64,000 nt of DNA from a virus, in the IMG/VR virus record IMGVR_UViG_3300046516_001541, positions 16,083 to 80,082 of that record; one strand, 5' to 3'. The position numbers and the translations under genes were made by a program. Below are positions 55,889 through 64,000 of this stretch, in pieces. How positions within the stretch are numbered: position 1 is the stretch's first letter; the number at the start of each line of letters is the position of its first letter. Under the pieces are notes generated by a model. That model did not search any database and was not told the DNA's origin. It was given only the letters and a program-made list of their open reading frames with translations.

Positions 55889-55916
55889 AAAGGGGCCGCT
55901 CGCGCGGTCCCTTTTT
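55889..55916. terminator. Bidirectional rho-independent terminator
   Basis: AAAGGGGCCGC-tcgc-GCGGTCCCTTTTT between convergent genes. Confidence 0.8.
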
Positions 55917-55920
55917 CATT

Positions 55921-56247
55921 TCAGTGGTCGTCTTCATCGTCATCCATCAGCGGCGCACGTGATGGCGCTTGCAGACGTCGCAGCGCATCCTCGACCTGAT
56001 ATTCGTAGGTTGGCCGATTCACGGCGGCGGCTGCCGCGGCTCGAGCAATCGTCTCATCCGTAGGATGCAGCCCGTAAATGGCCGCGCCCCCATGGTAGAC
56101 GGTCCGAAATTTTTCCGGATTGTCCTTATCAGGAATATCGATGCGCAGCATGCTGACACCCGCGATGATTCGTTCGCTTATCCGGCCAGCCAAACGTTGT
56201 TTCCCAAAGAGATCGACAATTCCCCATGCTTCGAATGTTTCAGTCAT
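55921..56247 (-). CDS. Conserved phage hypothetical protein
   Basis: W.IVDLFG..RLAG.ISE......MLRIDIP...GAAIY..P..E..A pattern. Confidence 0.65.
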   Translation of the reverse strand: MTETFEAWGIVDLFGKQRLAGRISERIIAGVSMLRIDIPDKDNPEKFRTVYHGGAAIYGLHPTDETIARAAAAAAVNRPTYEYQVEDALRRLQAPSRAPLMDDDEDDH

Positions 56248-59116
56248 GATGCCTCTCGTTCGGTGGAATGGACTCTTCTATCCAACTACGCTGGAAACTT
56301 TCCTGCGTCATCGGCTCGACCGTGCGCAGCACGGGTTCGAGCGGAATGCGAATGCACTTGGCCAGCACTCCGTTGAATTTCACGGCAAGATTGTCGTTGC
56401 GGTCGGTGCCCGGGATCCGCAGCAATACGCCGCGCCAATCGGCGGCGAAATTGGTATCTTTCATGAGGGTGCGCAACTCATGGCTGGCATTGGATAGCAG
56501 CAGAAAGCCGTCTTTGACGCGCATCCCGTAGCGCTGCAGGAAGGTCGCGGCGTCGATGCGCGGTAATTCTATGCCGATGAGCTGCACCTCGCTGGCACAG
56601 CACACCAATTCATGGACTGTGAATTCCAGTCCGTGTGGCGCTCGAATACGTGATCCCATCAGGACGGCCAGAGCTTGATCGCTTTCATCCGTATCGGCCG
56701 CATCCCGATGCTCATCCCAGTTGTAGCTCTCGATCATGACTCGGGCCTGTTCGGGGGGCGCGACCTGACTATTGAACAGTGACCATGCACCGGCCAGGAG
56801 CGTGCCATATTGATCACCCGCTCGCGCGCTGCCGAATATCTTTGAGGCAACGACCGTGAACACTTCTACGTTTTGCTGAATTGTGGGCAGCAGATTCATC
56901 GATCGCCGGATCAACCTGGCGCCGATCGTGGGATCACGCTCAATGACCGAATATAACTTCTCTTTAATCGTTGACCATTCGGATACCGGACCGGTTTCGC
57001 GTTCCTTCTTTGGCCGCAATGACAGCACAGTCACCCGCTCAACATCCGCCTGATGCTTGATACCGACTTGAATGGATGCTAGGCAGAACATTGAACGGAT
57101 GAGAAACTCCATGCTGTGGCCGCCAACGGTGCCTTTGTATGTGCGAGCGTGCGATTCAGTGGAAGCTTGGCGAATCAGCGACAGTACGTGCTGAATACGC
57201 ATGCGGTCCTTATCTTCGTTCTGCTCGGTCTCCTCGAACAATACAGGTAGCGCATCGGTGCGCAATTTCTGCCGCAGTCCGGCCTCGGTCGTGTTGCCTT
57301 GGGCGAAGATATTCACTCCGTTCAGCAAAGGATGAACAAACATATTGAGGAGAGAGCTTTTTCCCGTACCCGCACCGCCAGTGAGCCAGATGTGAGGACG
57401 CCATCGGAGCGCGCCGCAAATGGGAGCCAATAGAATCCAGCCAGAGAGCAGCGCCGCTGATGCTGGCTTCGTCCAGCGGAACGAGCTGGCGATGTCGCTC
57501 AAGCGATCGCCGTCCTCATCAGATAGCGCGACATCGGCCGGCGCCGGCAGACTGCGCTGAAGCTCATATATATAGCGAGTCCGGAAATCTCCGACTCCAA
57601 CCGTTTCTCCGTCGACAGTCAGATGATTACCATGGTGGAACACTGCGCGACCATCGTCCAGCCACGCGCCGCGGCCTCGGATCCGGTCCGGATCATAGAT
57701 GCCGCATTCGGCAGCTCGACGCATGATGAAGTTGGTTGCGGATCCCTTATCGAATCCCTTGCCGTTTTTAAAGTTGTGTTGCCAGAACACTCCCGGATCA
57801 GCAAGCTCTATGAATGCAGATTCCGTGAAGTCACCTCGGCCGTATTCCATGATCTGGCGCTTTTCCCGGTGAAAAATATAATAGTTGTCATGGTCATAAC
57901 CGAGAATTTGGAAAAACGGATTGTTGACTAACTCATCTGGAATCAGACTTGGCGGTCCGCTCCCCATCCCGGCTGATTCATAATGGTCGTGTCCATTGAT
58001 TAGATCATGACCATTGATCGTAGGCGACTCATCGAGCGGCGGCTCGTCTTCCTGGGAGGGCTGTTCCGGTTCCGACGCCACCGCGGCAGGCTCTGATACA
58101 GCTGCCAGGCATGTCTCAATGATTCCTTTGACGACGTCAATGCCTTCATAACTGGCCAGATCATTGAAGTCAGTCGGTTTGCGCTGCAGATCCGCAAATT
58201 GGGGAATCGCCACCAATCCCTGCACTGCGCCGGCTGCCGCTCGGGCCCAATGAACGCCTGGATTGGCGATTGGCTTGTCCGTCCACTGATCATTGTCGGC
58301 GCAGAGAACCAACCGGAAACCCGGAAAGCGCTGGCGCAATGCTCGCGCGGTTGGCAACAGATTGCTCGTATCAAACGCGACGACCACGGCATGTCCCGTG
58401 CTCTCATGCAGCGAGGCGCCTGTCGCATATCCCTCGCATATCAGAATGGTGTCGACCCGAGGCTGACCGATGGTGAAAAAAAAACCGTCCTTCGCTCCGT
58501 CCTTCAGGTAGTCCTTATCGCGATGCAATGGATTGCGGTCGTGCGGGAAGATCGCCTGCAAGCTCCAGATCCGCTTGCGCGTGTCCCGAATGGGAATGAG
58601 CAATGCCAGTTTGGAGATGACGGTGATTTCACCGGTCTGAGGACTGGCGACGTCCCAGGTTCCCACGCGGATCCCGTGCGGTTTACAGGCCTTCCGCTGT
58701 AGATACGGATGATCATCGTCCGCCGGCTCTGCGGCGTCCCAAATCGCCTGAGCTCGAACTGCGGCGGCCTCGTGGCGTTGTTGCTGGGCCAGTTCACGCT
58801 CACGATTCTGGCGCTCCATTTTCGCGCGCCACTCGCGACGTTGCTCTGGTGTCCATTTCTGGACTTCTTTTTCCTGAGAAGTCCAACTGAATTTGATTTT
58901 GCCGTGACGCTTCCAGCAACCAAAGCTGCCAGCTGGATGTTCATCTATATGTAGGATGTACCACGCATTTTTAGACCGGGGGCGATCGCCTTCGGCAAAT
59001 GCCCGATGGAATTGGCCATCAGCCTGGATTGATTCTCGAACGTCAATCTCGTGCTCGCGCATGGCGGCACGGAATTCTTCGACGATAGAGGCAGCGTCAA
59101 CCATTGCCGACGACAA
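56240..59116 (-). CDS. DNA primase-helicase (TOPRIM plus P-loop ATPase)
   Basis: ICEGYATG, CADND, TDFNDL TOPRIM motifs; GGAGTGKS Walker A; start may be ATG59104. Confidence 0.9.
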   Translation of the reverse strand: MSSAMVDAASIVEEFRAAMREHEIDVRESIQADGQFHRAFAEGDRPRSKNAWYILHIDEHPAGSFGCWKRHGKIKFSWTSQEKEVQKWTPEQRREWRAKMERQNRERELAQQQRHEAAAVRAQAIWDAAEPADDDHPYLQRKACKPHGIRVGTWDVASPQTGEITVISKLALLIPIRDTRKRIWSLQAIFPHDRNPLHRDKDYLKDGAKDGFFFTIGQPRVDTILICEGYATGASLHESTGHAVVVAFDTSNLLPTARALRQRFPGFRLVLCADNDQWTDKPIANPGVHWARAAAGAVQGLVAIPQFADLQRKPTDFNDLASYEGIDVVKGIIETCLAAVSEPAAVASEPEQPSQEDEPPLDESPTINGHDLINGHDHYESAGMGSGPPSLIPDELVNNPFFQILGYDHDNYYIFHREKRQIMEYGRGDFTESAFIELADPGVFWQHNFKNGKGFDKGSATNFIMRRAAECGIYDPDRIRGRGAWLDDGRAVFHHGNHLTVDGETVGVGDFRTRYIYELQRSLPAPADVALSDEDGDRLSDIASSFRWTKPASAALLSGWILLAPICGALRWRPHIWLTGGAGTGKSSLLNMFVHPLLNGVNIFAQGNTTEAGLRQKLRTDALPVLFEETEQNEDKDRMRIQHVLSLIRQASTESHARTYKGTVGGHSMEFLIRSMFCLASIQVGIKHQADVERVTVLSLRPKKERETGPVSEWSTIKEKLYSVIERDPTIGARLIRRSMNLLPTIQQNVEVFTVVASKIFGSARAGDQYGTLLAGAWSLFNSQVAPPEQARVMIESYNWDEHRDAADTDESDQALAVLMGSRIRAPHGLEFTVHELVCCASEVQLIGIELPRIDAATFLQRYGMRVKDGFLLLSNASHELRTLMKDTNFAADWRGVLLRIPGTDRNDNLAVKFNGVLAKCIRIPLEPVLRTVEPMTQESFQRSWIEESIPPNERHHD

Positions 59117-59193
59117 TACCTTCGCCGGTAGCGACTACTTGCAGATGCATTTGTTCGACCCCGTCACACGACCCAAAGCGACTGGGGAATATA

Positions 59194-59631
59194 CTACGGG
59201 CTTTTGCGAATTGGGGAATATGACCGCACGATTTCGACCGCCATCTCGGGTGAGTGCGCGAAACCGGCTATTCCGCCAGCGTCATGAACTTGACAAACGA
59301 AGTTTTTCTGTTCGGGGTGCCTATGTGCGTCGGCGTCTACTTTGGTCTCGATGTCAGTAAAGACAGCAACCCAACATCCAACCATCTCGGGCGTTATTTG
59401 CACAGAGGTGTAGCCAACCAAATCGCCGACGCCTTTCATGGCGCGGCCATTCGGCATGCCGAATCCGAGCGTGATCGGCCTAGGATTGCGGATCATGATG
59501 GATCCATCTTCCAGCCGAATTGGTTTTGAACCATCGGCGCTGATCCATGCGCGTCCCGTTTGGAGCCGAAAAAGGATGCTGATGCGACCGAGTGCCAGCC
59601 ACACCATACGCAGAACAGTATTTTCGCTCAC
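59194..59631 (-). CDS. VRR-NUC-family nuclease
   Basis: MSE..V, GVGDLVG, F..IETK, EQKNF...V..AGGIAG. Confidence 0.85.
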   Translation of the reverse strand: MSENTVLRMVWLALGRISILFRLQTGRAWISADGSKPIRLEDGSIMIRNPRPITLGFGMPNGRAMKGVGDLVGYTSVQITPEMVGCWVAVFTDIETKVDADAHRHPEQKNFVCQVHDAGGIAGFAHSPEMAVEIVRSYSPIRKSP

Positions 59632-59678
59632 ACTTTATCCACAGAGTTACGCACAGGTTCGGACACGGTCGGGTGCGA

Positions 59679-60074
59679 TCACCAGTAATTGGCGGTCACG
59701 TATATTTTGTACGTGCAACGCAGTTTCTCGCAGATTCGCTTGCACCACTCATCAAGACGCTTCTGTTGGGCGACTAGCTTGTCCCATTCGATGCGTTCCC
59801 CGTATCCGTAAGTAACTGGATCCCAAAGCACGATTGAGCCACTGGGCGCCGAGATCTGAGTGCCTTTGTTATAATCGTCCTGTGCCAAGAAAGTGTGATA
59901 ACTATCCTCTTGCTCAAACCGATTGGGGCTATCTACACCAGTCGGAATGCGGACATCTAAGTCATCATCTTCGGCGTCCTCTCCCATCTCGACCTTGAGT
60001 GCTTTGTACGCTTTGCGTGGTAGGTCATCGGGCGACAGCACCGCGATGAGTAGGGCATTCGGATGCGTGCTCAT
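59679..60074 (-). CDS. Hypothetical protein
   Basis: AGGAG SD before ATG60074. Confidence 0.65.
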   Translation of the reverse strand: MSTHPNALLIAVLSPDDLPRKAYKALKVEMGEDAEDDDLDVRIPTGVDSPNRFEQEDSYHTFLAQDDYNKGTQISAPSGSIVLWDPVTYGYGERIEWDKLVAQQKRLDEWCKRICEKLRCTYKIYVTANYW

Positions 60075-60110
60075 TTCTGTTGTTCTCCTGCGCTGGGAGC
60101 GCGTCGATGC

Positions 60111-60356
60111 TCAGCGAGTGCTGCTAAGGCTTGCTGGGCTGCCGTCTCCATTGTCGGCGAGTTTCCATGCTTGCTGGCATAGACGATTCCACAGGAATTC
60201 GTCGTCCTTGCCTTCCTCCTTGATACAGCGGCCATCCTTCGTCATTGCGACAAACAACCGCCGTTCTCCATTGGCGTGATAGTGGTTCATACCGATGATC
60301 GACCAATCGGCGAGCGGGCCCAGTTTCCAGGGCGGCAAACGTTGGCTACCTTCCAT
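60111..60356 (-). CDS. Hypothetical protein
   Basis: Starts immediately after the helicase stop. Confidence 0.55.
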   Translation of the reverse strand: MEGSQRLPPWKLGPLADWSIIGMNHYHANGERRLFVAMTKDGRCIKEEGKDDEFLWNRLCQQAWKLADNGDGSPASLSSTR

Positions 60357-61922
60357 TTAGACCTCCGGCCAATCAAAGTTGAATTTCGGATTTGAGCGGG
60401 CGGCTTTGGCCTGTTCCTCGAACCATTGTTGCTTTTGAGTGGCTTTGATGTCCGCCGCCTTTTTCTGTCCGGCCTTGATCCGTAATTGCACGTTCACCCA
60501 TGCAGGGGAGTAATTCCGAGCCGTGGCGATCGCCTCCAACTCTTCACGGGTTTCGGCGCGGCCCACATCGATCCGTTTTTTATTTTTCACACCAGCCAGC
60601 ATTTCTGGCGTCAGCTCATCGAGCCTGCCGTCTTCACGCTCGATCTCACGGCTGCGTATCTCGAACACATATCCGCAGCCTGGGCAGACCGGCGCAGGCG
60701 GGAAGACGATCATGCAGATGGGGCACTGGCGAATGGCAATGATCGCCTCATCGGCCTTCGACTTTTTCGGTACTCCTAGAAGCGACCATTCCCGGACCTC
60801 ATCAATGAATCCGTGGCGGAATGTGAGGCCAGCGCAATCGAGGAAAATCCCCTTACGACCTTTCGGTCCGGCGTCGATGGCCGCGAAGCGACCTTCGCGC
60901 GTGTCCAGATTGTAGCCTGGCGCATACATGACACGGAGCATACGGCCATTGGTCTGCAGATAGCCGGCCAACGAATAGGTTGGCCGGAGTCCGATGATGC
61001 AGCCGATGGCCGGACAGTCGACACCCTCGACGAGCAGCTGACAAAATGTGACATTGTAAATGCTGCCGTCCGCCAGCTGGCGCATCGCGCGATCGCGCTC
61101 CTCACCCGTACTGTCGCCATACAGCATGACCGATTTGATGCCGGCCGCATTGAATTCGGCCGCTGTCGTGCGCGCGTGGTCGATGTCCACGCACCATGTG
61201 CAGGCGGGAACGTGCATCGCATGTTCTCGATAGTGATCAATCGCATTGCCCGTGATGACGCGCGTGTTCATCACGCTCGACAGTTGCTGTTTGTTGTAGT
61301 CAGCGCCTTGCTTCTGGACTTTCGAAAGATCCAGGCGATTCAGCGGCGCGTAGACGATCGGCTGGACCGCATAGCCGTCATCAATGAGCTCGCGCGTGGT
61401 CACACTCTCGACCATATGATCAAAGCGTCCGCCGGCGGTAGATCCCAAGCCGCGGCCATCCAGCCGGCATGGCGACCCAGTGACGCCGAGAATGCGGGTC
61501 TCTTTAAAATCCTCGTTGTCGATGATGTCGAGATAGGTTTTCGCGGCGCTCAGATGCGCTTCGTCGATGACGATGAGCTTGAAGTTGTAACGACGCTTGC
61601 GCATGCGCCTGATCATTGTCTGTACGCTGCCGACCTGCACCATGGCGTGCGGCGTCTCCGAATAGTCACCCATGATGATGCCGTGACCGACACCATATTC
61701 TGAGAGTTTGGCGCTGGCCTGTTTGATCAGAAAATCGCGATGGGCCAATATCAAAACCGGATTCCCGCGCGCCGCGGCGCCTCTGGCTATATATGAAAAA
61801 GTTACAGTTTTTCCGGACGATGTTGGACTCACGAGCAGGACGCTCCGGATCCCCTGCAGGAATGCGCCACGAATGTCCTCGGCTGACTTGCCCTGGTATG
61901 GGCGTAGGCAAATATCAGCCAT
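60357..61922 (-). CDS. Superfamily 2 (DEAH-like) helicase with C-terminal zinc ribbon
   Basis: LRPYQ, SPTSSGKT, IDEAH, TGSP.RLDG, EGVD.P, Q..GR.LR, CPIC..CPGC. Confidence 0.92.
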   Translation of the reverse strand: MADICLRPYQGKSAEDIRGAFLQGIRSVLLVSPTSSGKTVTFSYIARGAAARGNPVLILAHRDFLIKQASAKLSEYGVGHGIIMGDYSETPHAMVQVGSVQTMIRRMRKRRYNFKLIVIDEAHLSAAKTYLDIIDNEDFKETRILGVTGSPCRLDGRGLGSTAGGRFDHMVESVTTRELIDDGYAVQPIVYAPLNRLDLSKVQKQGADYNKQQLSSVMNTRVITGNAIDHYREHAMHVPACTWCVDIDHARTTAAEFNAAGIKSVMLYGDSTGEERDRAMRQLADGSIYNVTFCQLLVEGVDCPAIGCIIGLRPTYSLAGYLQTNGRMLRVMYAPGYNLDTREGRFAAIDAGPKGRKGIFLDCAGLTFRHGFIDEVREWSLLGVPKKSKADEAIIAIRQCPICMIVFPPAPVCPGCGYVFEIRSREIEREDGRLDELTPEMLAGVKNKKRIDVGRAETREELEAIATARNYSPAWVNVQLRIKAGQKKAADIKATQKQQWFEEQAKAARSNPKFNFDWPEV

Positions 61923-61928
61923 GGCGAA

Positions 61929-62159
61929 TTAGGCGCCGACTGTCTGATGACCCTTTTTTAGATCGGCTACATAGCTCTGCATCTGGTCCATGATTTCGAT
62001 CGTCCGTGGCACTTCATGGCGCCACCGGTCCGGCGTCGCACGCGAGATCCCAATGTGTTTGCAGATAGCCGTGAGGCTCGAACCAGCCTGGAGAGCTTCG
62101 CGTTCAAGATCATCGAGTTGCTGGAGAAAAACGGTCGAAAATGCGGAATTTTGCGCCAT
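61929..62159 (-). CDS. Cro-like HTH protein
   Basis: SLTAICKHIGISRATPDRW. Confidence 0.7.
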   Translation of the reverse strand: MAQNSAFSTVFLQQLDDLEREALQAGSSLTAICKHIGISRATPDRWRHEVPRTIEIMDQMQSYVADLKKGHQTVGA

Positions 62160-62201
62160 GATTTAATGAACCCGAAAGCCGGAAGATCCAATCCATAGCG
62201 T

Positions 62202-62241
62202 AACATACGGCTTGCTCATTTACGAGCAACACGGCTATACT
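62202..62241. promoter_or_regulatory. Divergent promoters sharing the palindrome TTGCTC-N6-GAGCAA
   Basis: Rightward TTGCTC-18-TATACT; leftward TTGCTC-16-TATGTT; palindrome at 62212-62229. Confidence 0.6.
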
Positions 62242-62276
62242 CACGGGACGTCACTTTACGTCACGGGTAGTTCTGA

Positions 62277-63143
62277 ATGGCCGATCCGACTGTCGTTCCC
62301 CATGCAGCTGGTCAACGCGAATGGCTGGGCCGTTTCACGGCGGACGAACTGACCAACGAGAAGTATCACGAGTCCCCTGGCGTGAGCAAAAGCCATTTGG
62401 ACATCATCGCGGCCGAGTCGCACAAACACTATTGGCAACGGTATATCAATCCGCAGCGACCGCTCGTTGAGCAGACAGACGCATTGCGCGTCGGTAACGC
62501 GATTCATGCGGCAATTCTGCAACCGGATCTGTTCACCTCGCAGTATGCGGCGAAGCCGGAATGCGATCGCAGGACCAAGGAGGGTAAGTCGGTCTATGCC
62601 AACTTCCTATCCACGCTCGGAAATCGGGAAGAAATCGGACCGAAAGAATACGATTGGTGCATCCAGATGCGCGACGCCGTGCACGCTCATCGAATCGCGC
62701 GCGGACTTCTGACGAAAGGAACCGCCGAACATTCCTTTTTCTGCCACGAGCGTGAGACCGGCGAACTGATCAAATGCCGTGCAGATTATTTCCACGATGA
62801 CGGCGATACGGTCGTCGACCTCAAATCAACTATCAACGCGGCACCGTTCGAATTTGGACGCGATGCCACCAAGTACCGCTACGACGTGGCGCCTCCCTGG
62901 TATTTCGACGTCATTCACGGAGTCACCGGCCAACGGCCTCGCAACTGGGTCTGGCTCGCCGTCGAGAAAGAGCCGCCTTATGCGATCGGCATTTACTACG
63001 CGCAAAAGCAGGACATCACGCGGGCCCGCGATACTGCGCGACGCAATTTTCTGGAGATTCTCCGGGCGCGGCAACTCGCCACGTGGGAGGATTATGGCGC
63101 CGAGGTGCGTCCGCTTGAGTTGATGCCTTGGGCAAAGCGATGA
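62277..63143 (+). CDS. RecE/exonuclease VIII-like PD-(D/E)XK nuclease (DUF3799-like)
   Basis: NE.YH..PGVSKS.LD, G.AIHAAIL.P, KCRAD..VDLKS, VEKEPPY. Confidence 0.88.
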   Translation: MADPTVVPHAAGQREWLGRFTADELTNEKYHESPGVSKSHLDIIAAESHKHYWQRYINPQRPLVEQTDALRVGNAIHAAILQPDLFTSQYAAKPECDRRTKEGKSVYANFLSTLGNREEIGPKEYDWCIQMRDAVHAHRIARGLLTKGTAEHSFFCHERETGELIKCRADYFHDDGDTVVDLKSTINAAPFEFGRDATKYRYDVAPPWYFDVIHGVTGQRPRNWVWLAVEKEPPYAIGIYYAQKQDITRARDTARRNFLEILRARQLATWEDYGAEVRPLELMPWAKR

Positions 63144-63382
63144 CGAGCTGGCGCCTACTCATTGTTATTGCTGGTTTGGCGTTGTCGCTCCTATTGTCAG
63201 CTTTATCCAATATGAACCAAGGCGATATCATTGCCAGACAAAGTCGCGCCATGAGTGAGTTGCAGAAAGCAGACGCTAGCTTGAAAAAAGCGGGCGAAAG
63301 ATTACAGCGGGCAGACGAAGCATTGAAACAGGCATGTTTCCCTCCATCATCCAAACATGAACAGAAAGATACTCCCCAATGA
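63140..63382 (+). CDS. Small membrane-anchored coiled-coil protein
   Basis: Hydrophobic N-terminus; ATGA-coupled at both ends. Confidence 0.55.
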   Translation: MTSWRLLIVIAGLALSLLLSALSNMNQGDIIARQSRAMSELQKADASLKKAGERLQRADEALKQACFPPSSKHEQKDTPQ

Positions 63383-64000
63383 AAATTGCCCACATCACCA
63401 TAAAAAACATCCTCGGCACGCGCGAGTTGGATTTCGTTCCGTCCGCCGGCTTTACTGAAATCGTCGGTCCCAATGGTAGCGGCAAGACGACGGTGCTCGA
63501 GGCGATCAAAGCCGTGTTCCGAGGCGGTCACGACGCCACACTGTTGCGTGATGGCGCCGAGAAAGGCGAAATCGTGCTGGTGCTCGACGACGGCACCGAA
63601 ATCAAAAAGACGGTCCGCGAGCATACCAGCAATGTGAAGATCAGCCGCGACGGCCGAGACTTGCCCAGGCCCGTGGAACTGATCAAGCAGCTCGTCGACC
63701 GGCTCAGCAACAATCCCGTAGCTTTCCTGACTGCGCCAAAAGATGAGCGCGTCAGCATTTTCTTGCAGTCGATGCCGCTCACTGCCGACGTGGCAAAGTT
63801 GGAACAGATCAGCGGCGTCAAGGTGGCAAACGCCGAAGGGCTGCATGCCTATCTCGTGATCGAACACGTGCATGATCAAGTGTTCAAGGATCGTGCCAGT
63901 ACCAATCGAGCCGTCGATGAGAAAGAAAAGACGATCAAGCAACTGCGTCAGGCGCTCCCGGATGCCCCGGACGGTATCATTGGCGGAGAGGAGGAGTTGG
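63379..64000 (+). CDS. SMC/Rad50/RecN-like ATPase (partial, runs off the window)
   Basis: Manual translation: MKIAHITIKNILG...EIVGPNGSGKTTVLEAIK. Confidence 0.85.
   Translation, partial: MKIAHITIKNILGTRELDFVPSAGFTEIVGPNGSGKTTVLEAIKAVFRGGHDATLLRDGAEKGEIVLVLDDGTEIKKTVREHTSNVKISRDGRDLPRPVELIKQLVDRLSNNPVAFLTAPKDERVSIFLQSMPLTADVAKLEQISGVKVANAEGLHAYLVIEHVHDQVFKDRASTNRAVDEKEKTIKQLRQALPDAPDGIIGGEEEL

Noticed and set aside
58476-58484. A9/T9 homopolymer in the primase gene as a frameshift site
   Set aside because: The frame is intact (GFFFT) and there is no meaningful alternative-frame product. It also shows that such tracts can occur without recoding, a caveat for the tract at 19120
60813-63942. 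Long opposite-strand ORFs (60813-61703 plus, 63016-63942 minus, and similar ones elsewhere)
   Set aside because: Shadow ORFs antisense to well-supported genes in high-GC DNA; no motifs
1-64000. tRNA/rRNA genes, integrase or att sites, host chromosomal flanks
   Set aside because: None recognised by eye; tig lacks its usual clpP/clpX neighbours and is embedded among phage genes. tRNAscan-SE was not run

Overview
A high-GC segment of a contractile-tailed phage (myovirus) or prophage genome. The host is probably a Proteobacterium, judged from the SSB, the trigger-factor homologue and the Rz/Rz1 spanins. Layout: (1) 1-11033, a leftward run of short early genes including ssb; (2) 11249-47465, a rightward virion and lysis arm: portal, head-spike/fibre cassette, MuF + PPase-like + LPD1 polyvalent proteins, prohead protease, scaffold, major capsid, neck (one gene inverted), sheath, tube, chaperones, tape measure, baseplate, fibres, M15 endolysin and nested spanins; (3) 47462-51691, leftward accessory genes (ASCH, HNH, DNA methyltransferase); (4) 51787-55861, a self-contained rightward operon (HTH, HerA-like ATPase, trigger factor fused to a His-rich linker and FN3-like domain); (5) 55921-62159, leftward replication genes (primase-helicase, VRR-NUC, SF2 helicase, HTH); (6) 62277-64000, RecE-like exonuclease and a partial SMC-like ATPase. 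I recognised no terminase, integrase, polymerase, tRNA or CRISPR array. The best candidate for an undescribed system is a pair of virion fibre genes with Sec-type signal peptides and strictly paired cysteines. This suggests periplasmic oxidative folding and late or post-lysis docking via triple-repeat adaptor peptides, possibly linked to the phage-encoded trigger factor. Also notable is a conserved GTCGTGAC-N2-NANNNT-N6/7-ATG promoter-like motif predicting leaderless late mRNAs. All family calls come from recognising motifs by eye; no database search was run.
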